DNA from: Acinetobacter phage phiAB441
Sequence record: PV420835.1
Strand: one strand, 5' to 3'
Length of the DNA stretch: 64,000 nt
The notes below the pieces were generated by a model. It saw only the letters and a program-made list of their open reading frames with translations, was not told the origin of the DNA and made no database searches. Position 1 is the stretch's first letter. Each line of letters opens with the position of its first letter. Positions 56,990 to 64,000 of the stretch are shown one piece after another. The position numbers and the translations under genes were made by a program.

Positions 56990-57268
56990 TCATATTAAGT
57001 CCTTAATAGAATAACCTTCTTGTACTACTGTTGCTGGAAATGCACCTCTTGTTTCTTTTGTACATTGAGTATACCAAGCAATATACCCATCTCTAGGTGT
57101 TGCTTTGAAATAAGTGTGGTAGGCATCTTCAAAGAAATTGCCCCACTCTTCATACTCTTTGCTGACTTCTTTTTTGAATTCATCAAGGTCGTGATGACCT
57201 CGACTTATAATTAAGTATTCGTCTTCACCCCAATTTTCTAATATTAAAGGGTGGTTTTTAGCTGTCAT
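56990..57268 (-). CDS. hypothetical protein
   Basis: 92 aa. Confidence 0.45.
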   Translation of the reverse strand: MTAKNHPLILENWGEDEYLIISRGHHDLDEFKKEVSKEYEEWGNFFEDAYHTYFKATPRDGYIAWYTQCTKETRGAFPATVVQEGYSIKDLI

Positions 57269-57471
57269 AACAATTCCTCTCGATTAAACACTGTCTTAAA
57301 TTTGTCATCAGTTACTATTGTAACATTTCCAATAGAATAAGGGTTCTCTTTACATTTGTCAAAGAATTTTAAAGCTTCTTCTTTAGATAATGTTCTAGCA
57401 TGATAATTCGAATAACCATAACCATCAACAGACTCACCATCAAATAATAAATACCAATCTTCTTTAATCAT
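57265..57471 (-). CDS. hypothetical protein
   Basis: 68 aa, ATGA coupling. Confidence 0.45.
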   Translation of the reverse strand: MIKEDWYLLFDGESVDGYGYSNYHARTLSKEEALKFFDKCKENPYSIGNVTIVTDDKFKTVFNREELL

Positions 57472-57516
57472 TAATTACTTTCCTCATTTAATGTAAACTC
57501 GTATTTTGTTATTAAA

Positions 57517-57843
57517 TCAAGGTTCTGTAAAGAACACTACTCGTTCTTTACGTTGATCAAACTGAGTAAGGACAATTGTGTTTATAGTACTTCCAAAATC
57601 ATCTGTTTGAATAACATATATTTCATCTGGAACTTCAATTTGTTGATTTAAACATGTAAAAACATTTCTAGCATATTCATTATCAACAAACACTCCTTTG
57701 TAGAAGTTTTCTAAACTTTCATACTTTCCATCTTTAAATTCACAACCTTTTACCAAGATGTAAGCTTTAACTTTAAAATTTGGTACATTGAAGTCTAAAA
57801 CATTAACTCCAACCTTTTCACTAATTTCCATACTCAATCCCAC
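57517..57843 (-). CDS. hypothetical protein
   Basis: 108 aa. Confidence 0.45.
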   Translation of the reverse strand: MGLSMEISEKVGVNVLDFNVPNFKVKAYILVKGCEFKDGKYESLENFYKGVFVDNEYARNVFTCLNQQIEVPDEIYVIQTDDFGSTINTIVLTQFDQRKERVVFFTEP

Positions 57844-58349
57844 AAGTTATCAAAATACTTAATAAACAACTCTCGCCCTTCATCAACCTTATGTTTAATC
57901 TCAGCATCATAAGCTCGACTACGTCCCCACCAAGAATCTACATCTTCTTGTGTTACACCTTCTTTAAGAATTTGTCTCCACTGAGTAACATTTCCAAAAA
58001 CAGGATGATCTTCCCAAACAACAGGAGGAAACTTCTCAGGATGTGTTAAATCATCATAATAGAAATCATAAGGTTCAATGTCAAAGTATGTTGGATGTTC
58101 TGTAAATGCAAAGATCATCTTATCTAACAACTCATTCCATTGTTCTTCACAATATTCACTAGAGTAATCAGAACAGGTTTCTCGTCCTGTTTCTGGATTG
58201 ATATCTTTGGTTACTAAATGTGGTGGAACAGTGTTCTTACGAAGTTCTTTAAATTGCTTCAACCCTTGAATAATAACTTTTGCAAGGTGCTTATCTAAAT
58301 TCCAAACTTCACGCTTGTTAAAGTGAAGCTTCCCTTTCTGAATACGCAT
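57834..58349 (-). CDS. hypothetical protein
   Basis: 171 aa. Confidence 0.5.
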   Translation of the reverse strand: MRIQKGKLHFNKREVWNLDKHLAKVIIQGLKQFKELRKNTVPPHLVTKDINPETGRETCSDYSSEYCEEQWNELLDKMIFAFTEHPTYFDIEPYDFYYDDLTHPEKFPPVVWEDHPVFGNVTQWRQILKEGVTQEDVDSWWGRSRAYDAEIKHKVDEGRELFIKYFDNLWD

Positions 58350-58358
58350 TTATTTCTC

Positions 58359-59066
58359 CTAAATATAATCCGAAAGTTTAACAATGCTTAAATCACAACG
58401 TTGATCTTGTTGTTTAAAAACACCACCAGTATCTAAGAACGTACAGTTACCAACATCCTTAATCTTTGGTAATACTGTGTGACCTAGAAAAACTCTGTGG
58501 ATATCTGCAACATTATAAGTATCAAAGTTTACAACTCTCCGACCCCAAAGGCAAGATTCTATAATGTTACGCTCTAATCTAAGATCATCATCATCGTTGA
58601 TCACCATTTCAACAAGTAGGCTCCAATCTTCAACGGGGACATCAGCATGAACAAACCCAAATCTCTTACCTTTAAAATCTACCTCAAGTAATGTTGGTAA
58701 GTTATTTACTCTATGTCCAACAACCTCTCTAGTGTCGTCAGGTAGTTCATAAAACCACTTACCACCATTGTTAGACATCTTGTGGTAGAACTCTACAGTT
58801 GAATCATATAGTCCCTTGTAGCAGAAGTCCTCGTGATTACCCTTAATTGCAGTAAACCAATGTTGATTAAGTAAACTAAAAACCTTTTCATTTTCATCTC
58901 CACGATCAACCAAATCACCCACTGAGATTAGTAAATCAGTGTTTATATTAAAACCAACTTCTTTAATTTTTTGCATCAGTAATGTATAACAACCATGAAT
59001 ATCCCCTACAACAAAAACTTCTCGGTATTCATTCGCATCCAAAAACTTATAATCTTTAATAGTCAT
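58359..59066 (-). CDS. serine/threonine protein phosphatase (calcineurin-like metallophosphoesterase)
   Basis: GDIHG, GDLVDRGDEN, GNHE motifs in canonical order. Confidence 0.8.
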   Translation of the reverse strand: MTIKDYKFLDANEYREVFVVGDIHGCYTLLMQKIKEVGFNINTDLLISVGDLVDRGDENEKVFSLLNQHWFTAIKGNHEDFCYKGLYDSTVEFYHKMSNNGGKWFYELPDDTREVVGHRVNNLPTLLEVDFKGKRFGFVHADVPVEDWSLLVEMVINDDDDLRLERNIIESCLWGRRVVNFDTYNVADIHRVFLGHTVLPKIKDVGNCTFLDTGGVFKQQDQRCDLSIVKLSDYI

Positions 59067-59381
59067 TTATTTCTCCCAAGATTTAAACAGTTCGTCCATT
59101 TCTTTATGAAACTCTACAACAGATGGATCATTCTCATATCGACTTACAGCTTTATCATAAAGATTATAACATTCTCTACCATGAATGCGCTCATCTAAAA
59201 TGTCACCCAAGACTGTAGCTAAATAATGTGATGTTCTCACAAAGGAACTATAAGGTAATCTGCTCTCATCCTCGTACCGAGAAGATGCTAATAAAAATCC
59301 AGCAACTTCTGTCAGAAACTCTTTATCAACTTCAACCTTTTCTTTAGGTTGTCTATTTGGATTTAAATACTCTATCATCAC
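59067..59381 (-). CDS. hypothetical protein
   Basis: 104 aa, abuts phosphatase start. Confidence 0.45.
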   Translation of the reverse strand: MMIEYLNPNRQPKEKVEVDKEFLTEVAGFLLASSRYEDESRLPYSSFVRTSHYLATVLGDILDERIHGRECYNLYDKAVSRYENDPSVVEFHKEMDELFKSWEK

Positions 59382-59671
59382 AAACTCTCCAAAATATTAT
59401 CTCTTGATCGTAACTCATAAACTAATTTGTATTCCTCTTCTGACACATCAATTGTTTCTCCTTCATGTAGTCTTAATTGTGAACACATTCTATTTAATTT
59501 ATCCCAATTACCAGAAGTTACGCATAAGAATAAATTCCTTTTAGAGAAGAAGTTAAAGTCATCCCACCAAGTTTTCTCTAAAGACATAGCATAACCTAAG
59601 TTACCATAATGTACAAGAGCATTCAGAGCTTGATTGTGGAAATCCTCCTTATTGACTGTTATGTTCATCAC
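59378..59671 (-). CDS. hypothetical protein
   Basis: 97 aa. Confidence 0.45.
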   Translation of the reverse strand: MMNITVNKEDFHNQALNALVHYGNLGYAMSLEKTWWDDFNFFSKRNLFLCVTSGNWDKLNRMCSQLRLHEGETIDVSEEEYKLVYELRSRDNILESL

Positions 59672-59928
59672 GCACCTTCCTTAAAATATGTATTAAGAAT
59701 AAACTTAACACGAGATTCAAATTGCATCTTACGAAACTCAAGCATGTCTAAACACTCTTGTTGATACTCTTTGGTTGTACATGAATATTCCCAACAATGT
59801 AATTCAACACTATCTTCTGCATCAATTAGAGCATCGATAGTGGCTTTCAATTGTTCGAGATTACCTTTCATATATTGTTTCATATTTATTTCCTCAACTA
59901 ATTTATAGATACAATAAATTATAGACAT
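59668..59928 (-). CDS. hypothetical protein
   Basis: 86 aa. Confidence 0.45.
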   Translation of the reverse strand: MSIIYCIYKLVEEINMKQYMKGNLEQLKATIDALIDAEDSVELHCWEYSCTTKEYQQECLDMLEFRKMQFESRVKFILNTYFKEGA

Positions 59929-59983
59929 AATAAAACAGACCTAACATTTCTGTCAAGTCTGTTTTGATGATTATTTTAGAAGA

Positions 59984-60205
59984 TTACCATTCTCCTAGTT
60001 TCTTTGATAAATCTTCCCAATAGTCATGACCTTGTGGTGTATTCTCCCAAGTAAAACATTCAATTATTTCAGAACAATCTTCATCAATCTCAGAACAATT
60101 ATCTTCTAAGAACTTAGCTGCATACCAATCAATTTCTCTTATACGTTCAATAAGTAATTGTAAGTTAGTTTTCATTTTATTTCTCCTCAATCGTCCCAAG
60201 CACAA
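59984..60205 (-). CDS. hypothetical acidic Cys-containing protein
   Basis: 73 aa. Confidence 0.45.
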   Translation of the reverse strand: MCLGRLRRNKMKTNLQLLIERIREIDWYAAKFLEDNCSEIDEDCSEIIECFTWENTPQGHDYWEDLSKKLGEW

Positions 60206-60360
60206 CTCAAATCCTTTCCGTTTTTCTCAAACACATACCTAATAACTGCAAGTGGATATAAAGCACCCATAGAGTTTGAATTTGCTAAATCTCTGTATGT
60301 CTCACAAATACTCTCCATAATTGAAGAAAACTTCTCCTTGTTCATAGTAATTACTAACAT
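60187..60360 (-). CDS. small hypothetical protein (57 aa)
   Basis: fills gap between minus-strand ORFs; below ORF-track cutoff. Confidence 0.3.
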   Translation of the reverse strand: MLVITMNKEKFSSIMESICETYRDLANSNSMGALYPLAVIRYVFEKNGKDLSCAWDD

Positions 60361-60668
60361 ATTAAATCTCCTAAAATTTCACTAAACAAGAGTTTTTCAC
60401 ATGCACTCTCACCTTCGTAACGATCAATGTCACAACCTTCGTAAATCATTTCAATACTATAAACATCTTTTTTAAAATGTTCAAGATTAATTTTGATTGC
60501 TCGTAAAGCATCTTCATAACCACGATTGTATTCTTCAATGTTGATACCCTTTCGTGTGTTTATAGTAATAACCTCATCACCTTTCTTCCAGTATTCGCAG
60601 TAAGATTTACTTCCAACTTTAATAAATCCTTGTGCAACTAAATCTTCTGCTGTAACTTCACGCACCAT
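60354..60668 (-). CDS. hypothetical protein
   Basis: start trimmed to internal ATG 60668 with GGAG RBS abutting upstream stop. Confidence 0.45.
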   Translation of the reverse strand: MVREVTAEDLVAQGFIKVGSKSYCEYWKKGDEVITINTRKGINIEEYNRGYEDALRAIKINLEHFKKDVYSIEMIYEGCDIDRYEGESACEKLLFSEILGDLIC

Positions 60669-60669
60669 T

Positions 60670-61005
60670 TTATTTCTCCAAATAATAAAGTCTACAATCA
60701 CCTTTAAACTTATCAAAAGGAACTTCAACTTCACCAAAAATTGTATCTAATACAACAAATAACCTAATTGAACTCCAGTGATAAGTATGTCCCATATCAT
60801 AATCACTACCACTGACTTCACCACTTACCACATTAGTTTTAAATAAACCTCTTTTGTTTTCAATATAGAAGTTGTATTTTTCAGGATTATTTACAACATC
60901 CCAATTACTCCATTGACCACCATTCCAAGCATCCTTAAATCTTAATAACTCTAATGAGTTCATTTCAACTTCAATATCACTGTTAACTGGTTTAATTAAA
61001 CTCAT
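60670..61005 (-). CDS. hypothetical protein
   Basis: start trimmed to ATG 61005 with AAGGAG RBS 7 nt upstream. Confidence 0.45.
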   Translation of the reverse strand: MSLIKPVNSDIEVEMNSLELLRFKDAWNGGQWSNWDVVNNPEKYNFYIENKRGLFKTNVVSGEVSGSDYDMGHTYHWSSIRLFVVLDTIFGEVEVPFDKFKGDCRLYYLEK

Positions 61006-61015
61006 ATTACTCTCC

Positions 61016-61765
61016 TTAATAAAAATCTTCTTTATACAAATCACTGATAATCTCATAGCCCTTACATCGACTACCAAACTCATCAGTCAACCAAGCATTT
61101 TTAACATTAAAATAATTCTTAATGTCTGTGCTAACTGGTTTCTTCTTAACGCCAGCTTTATCATAAGCCTTTTTAAGCTCCTCTAACACTCTCTTAACCG
61201 TGTAGCGATTACCAACACGTAATCCTTTTAAAGACTCCTTAATCAACTGGTTGCTCTGGTTAAACTTAACCTGTAAATTATAAGCGTTAGTAAGCTTAGT
61301 TTTATGGAAACCGATAGCTTTGATTCTAGCAATACCAAGTACCTCAACGTATCTTTTGTGTTCTTCTGAGTAGTTGGATATGTTTTCCACAGTTATAATA
61401 TCTCCTGTTTCAATAGCTTTTACGTATTTTTTCAAAAGTTTGCAAAAATCCACCTTGAACCCACATTTCAAATGCTCAAGTGTATTGACTTTGTTGAACG
61501 TTCTGTTAAACGGTGGAGAAAGTCTAGTGATACATGATTCTTCGTACTTCAATGATTCTTCTTTCGAGCTGAAATATTCTACAATTTCCACCGTAATACA
61601 ACCATCCTCTCCATTCTGAAAGAAATAGCGATTTAAAGCTTTATTAGAGCTAGTACCACATAAACAGTGTTTATATCTTTCACCAGAACCTTGTCCAATG
61701 TAAAGAATTTCACCAACTAATCCTCGTGCAAAGTAAACATAAAACTTTTTCAAACTTTTACTCAA
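61016..61765 (-). CDS. GIY-YIG domain endonuclease-like protein
   Basis: FYVYFARGLVGEILYIGQGSGERYKHC matches the GIY-x(9-11)-YIG ... R...H core; basic C-terminal half. Confidence 0.55.
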   Translation of the reverse strand: MSKSLKKFYVYFARGLVGEILYIGQGSGERYKHCLCGTSSNKALNRYFFQNGEDGCITVEIVEYFSSKEESLKYEESCITRLSPPFNRTFNKVNTLEHLKCGFKVDFCKLLKKYVKAIETGDIITVENISNYSEEHKRYVEVLGIARIKAIGFHKTKLTNAYNLQVKFNQSNQLIKESLKGLRVGNRYTVKRVLEELKKAYDKAGVKKKPVSTDIKNYFNVKNAWLTDEFGSRCKGYEIISDLYKEDFY

Positions 61766-61789
61766 TTAATAATCTCCAATAATTTTACA

Positions 61790-63088
61790 TTAAATGTTTT
61801 CTTCTTGTAGCCAATCTAAGAACAAGTCCTTCATTCTTTTAGACAAGATAGCAAGATTGATCGGTTTTCCATCTCGTATTGCAGACCTCCAAATAAATTG
61901 AAGCATTTCAGATAAAGCAAACACATCAGCATTTATTGGATATCCATAGTCTTGTAAATAACTAGCAACACTTTGATTCGGGTATCGGTCATAAGCATGA
62001 ATAACACAAGTTTTATGTCTATAAGCATTCGTTGCTCTTGTGTTTGATGCCAACCAACAAACATTCTCAGGACACTTTTGTATCTTTAACTCTGTATCTA
62101 CTAAACCGCTAGGTTTAATCTTAGCTGCTTTTGATTTAACATCCAGATTACTTCTATTCTTTGGGAATGTATAAAGTAAATCGTAACTAGAAGCTCTCCA
62201 TGATCGAGCAATAGAGAGGATATAACCTTCTATGTGTTTAATGTCTTGTGTAGACATCTTTGAATAAGCAGACACAGATAATTTTAAATCTTTCTTCCAC
62301 TTTTGATTAGTTGGTGAATAAAGATTAATTAGTTTAGCTATCTCTTTCTTGCTTGGTACAATTGGAGTAATCTCATCAAATGTTTTATACGGAATACCCT
62401 TCAACTTTAGAAAACTACTCAAAATATTACCTTCAAACATGTATGTTAAAATAATAGCTCTCTTCGATGATGTAATCAATTTGACAGGAAGTTGTGTAAC
62501 AAACATATCATCTTTACGCTTACTAACATACAACATCTTGTTCTGCACATGTCTCTTAAACTTGCTATATTTATGTCTAAAGTCATCAAATGCTTTATCT
62601 AAGTTGCTATCAATATCTTGTCCACACCAAATTAACATTCCATCATTTTCTTGTACACTAATCACACCAAGCTCAATTAATGATGTAACATCTGGTGCTG
62701 AGTAGGCATGATAATCATCAATCATTGCAATCTCTTCATCTACAACCAACACATAATTGTGTTTCTCCATCTCACTAAAATGTTCATCCGTCATGTTTAA
62801 ATACAGATTATGTGTGCATGTAATGTTAGCACCAATCCTCAATAATTCTAACAAGTGACTACCTTTTGTGTCATGGTGGTTATCCTCATCATCTCTTTTA
62901 GTTTCTGGAGCAACAAATCTAGTTAACGGACAAGCTTGCTGAATACGACCACCATCTTTAACTTCTTCTAGGAGTGGTGAAATATAAAAGAATTTATATA
63001 TATGATTATTCTCTTCCATCCATTTACAAATCTTAGATGTTTTATGTGACCCCATCATGGCATCCACAATCTCTACGACATTACTCAT
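61790..63088 (-). CDS. P-loop NTPase of unknown function (first gene of leftward early block)
   Basis: degenerate Walker A VDAMMGSHKTS near N-terminus, Walker B VLVVDEE; 432 aa. Confidence 0.5.
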   Translation of the reverse strand: MSNVVEIVDAMMGSHKTSKICKWMEENNHIYKFFYISPLLEEVKDGGRIQQACPLTRFVAPETKRDDEDNHHDTKGSHLLELLRIGANITCTHNLYLNMTDEHFSEMEKHNYVLVVDEEIAMIDDYHAYSAPDVTSLIELGVISVQENDGMLIWCGQDIDSNLDKAFDDFRHKYSKFKRHVQNKMLYVSKRKDDMFVTQLPVKLITSSKRAIILTYMFEGNILSSFLKLKGIPYKTFDEITPIVPSKKEIAKLINLYSPTNQKWKKDLKLSVSAYSKMSTQDIKHIEGYILSIARSWRASSYDLLYTFPKNRSNLDVKSKAAKIKPSGLVDTELKIQKCPENVCWLASNTRATNAYRHKTCVIHAYDRYPNQSVASYLQDYGYPINADVFALSEMLQFIWRSAIRDGKPINLAILSKRMKDLFLDWLQEENI

Positions 63089-63141
63089 TTATATTATTTA
63101 CCTCATATTATTGAAATAATGAGTATGGTAACACACTACTA

Positions 63142-63170
63142 TTTATAAAACAACTATCGGACATAGTGAA
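63142..63170 (-). promoter_or_regulatory. candidate leftward promoter for minus-strand early block
   Basis: on minus strand TTCACT-17 nt-TATAAA about 50 nt upstream of ATG 63088. Confidence 0.3.
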
Positions 63171-63419
63171 ACACACAAATACAATATTAATTGATTAATA
63201 AATACACAATTTGTAACATTGGCGCAATATTCCTAAGGGGATAAGTAATTACCAGTGTATTTTGTGGTCTTAGTTTTTGGGAAGGTTTACTATAAGGAAA
63301 ATGAATGTAATATATTGATAAATAAAGAATAAAAAAGGAGTTTGTAAGGCACTACCTTACTGAGAATGTAAAACATATTAATTGTACACTTTATGTAACT
63401 AGAATATTAACATTAATAA

Positions 63420-63690
63420 TGACGTAGTATTGACCTAGTATATGAACGTAGTGGTATGACACCTTAAATCAAACACTTATAAAGGAGTAGTGTTATCTTA
63501 GTAAGTAATAGTGAACAAGTGTTTACTGAAAGTGTATTTGTAAATCATCAGTAGTGTACACCAGTAGGTTGTTATAAATACCATCAGTAGTGCATGAGTA
63601 GTGTATTTATAAGGGTTTTGGGAAAGTTGTAGTGTTATCTTTAGTGTATTAGAATATTATTGTAGTGTTGTTGTAGTGATAGTAAAAACT
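63420..63690. repeat. iteron array, about 10 copies of (A)GTAGTG(T)
   Basis: cgtagtgg, agtagtgtt, tagtgaac, cagtagtgtaca, cagtagtgcat, gagtagtgtat, gttgtagtgtt, ttgtagtgttgttgtagtgatag. Confidence 0.6.
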
Positions 63691-63833
63691 ATTTTTAGGT
63701 TAATCACCTTAGACAAATAAATACAACTACTTTAGTGTAAAATAATTTAATAAAACACAAAATAATTAAAATTAATTTAAATTAGTTACAATTACACAGA
63801 AATAAACTTAATTATTATGTTGTTTTGTTGTTG

Positions 63834-63860
63834 TGTTATAATGAACGAAGTGATATAATG
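63834..63860 (+). promoter_or_regulatory. two tandem extended -10 promoters directed rightward
   Basis: TGTTATAAT (63834..63842) and TGATATAAT (63851..63859), both perfect TGnTATAAT, 17 bp apart. Confidence 0.5.
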
Positions 63861-63884
63861 TTTGGTGTTGATGTGTTGTTGTTT

Positions 63885-64000
63885 GTAATTAAATTATCTT
63901 TATTTTCATGTGTTTATGATAATTTTTAGTATTATTTTAAAATTATTTATTTATTTTCATGTATTTATGATAATTTTTAGTATTATTTTAAAATTATTTA
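63885..64000. repeat. 51-bp tandem direct repeat, at least 2.3 units, truncated by window end
   Basis: tattttcatgtgtttatgataatttttagtattattttaaaattatttatt repeated from 63901 and 63952 with a single G-to-A difference. Confidence 0.8.

Noticed and set aside
62349-62705. 118-aa +strand ORF inside the minus-strand P-loop gene
   Set aside because: Shadow frame of the 61790..63088 CDS.
63885-64000. Terminal tandem repeats as a CRISPR array
   Set aside because: Units are directly adjacent 51-bp repeats with no unique spacers and no cas genes. This is a tandem repeat, not CRISPR.
1-64000. rRNA genes, canonical tRNA genes, integrase or transposase, prophage attachment sites
   Set aside because: None found. 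No integrase or transposase motifs. The gene content is that of a strictly lytic phage.

Overview
This window reads as a single AT-rich (roughly one-third GC) block from a large virulent tailed phage of a Gram-negative host. Coding is dense and operon-like, with ATGA/stop-start overlaps throughout.

Positions 1-17919 (+ strand) carry a late structural module. Its gene order matches a Mu/P2-type contractile tail:
- sheath-like and tube-like ORFs (1189..2787)
- chaperone pair (3937..4577)
- tape measure (4583..6631)
- hub, spike, gp25/W-like, J-like and I-like baseplate proteins (7881..12442)
- collar-domain tail fibre (12444..13607)
- a lysis cassette of two multi-TM holin-like proteins plus a GH19 endolysin (13618..14910) that is clearly related to Acinetobacter phage LysAB2-type lysins
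- a beta-helix tailspike/depolymerase (15232..17919), closed by a UUCG-tetraloop terminator (17925..17952)

Positions 18100-52413 (+ strand) are early/middle genes driven by a family of near-consensus TTGACA-N16/17-TATAAT promoters. They comprise:
- about 25 tiny acidic or zinc-ribbon host-takeover ORFs
- dCMP deaminase
- a T7 gp4-like primase-helicase
- a family B DNA polymerase broken into at least three ORFs by a frame change plus an inserted GIY-YIG homing endonuclease
- SSB, FEN/RNaseH, a DnaQ-like exonuclease, NrdA/NrdB/glutaredoxin, ThyX, and an SPFH lipoprotein
- at least five further HNH / GIY-YIG / AP2-type homing-endonuclease-like genes

Positions 52452-63088 form a convergent minus-strand early block of about 25 small genes, bounded at 52418..52440 by a bidirectional terminator. 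It includes a lambda-type Ser/Thr phosphatase, a second AP2 paralogue, a GIY-YIG protein and a P-loop NTPase.

Positions 63089-64000 are non-coding and highly repetitive. They hold GTAGTG iterons, two tandem extended -10 promoters firing rightward, and 51-bp tandem repeats running off the window. I read this as a divergent control/origin or terminal region.

No rRNA, canonical tRNA or CRISPR array was seen. Several items deserve follow-up:
- the split polB
- a long diverged inverted repeat formed by the two AP2 paralogues
- a promoter-proximal tRNA-like RNA structure in front of an HNH gene
- twin terminators that share a conserved TTGAC-TTAATG-TTGACAT upper stem
- a 100-aa ORF that duplicates the tailspike N-terminal anchor
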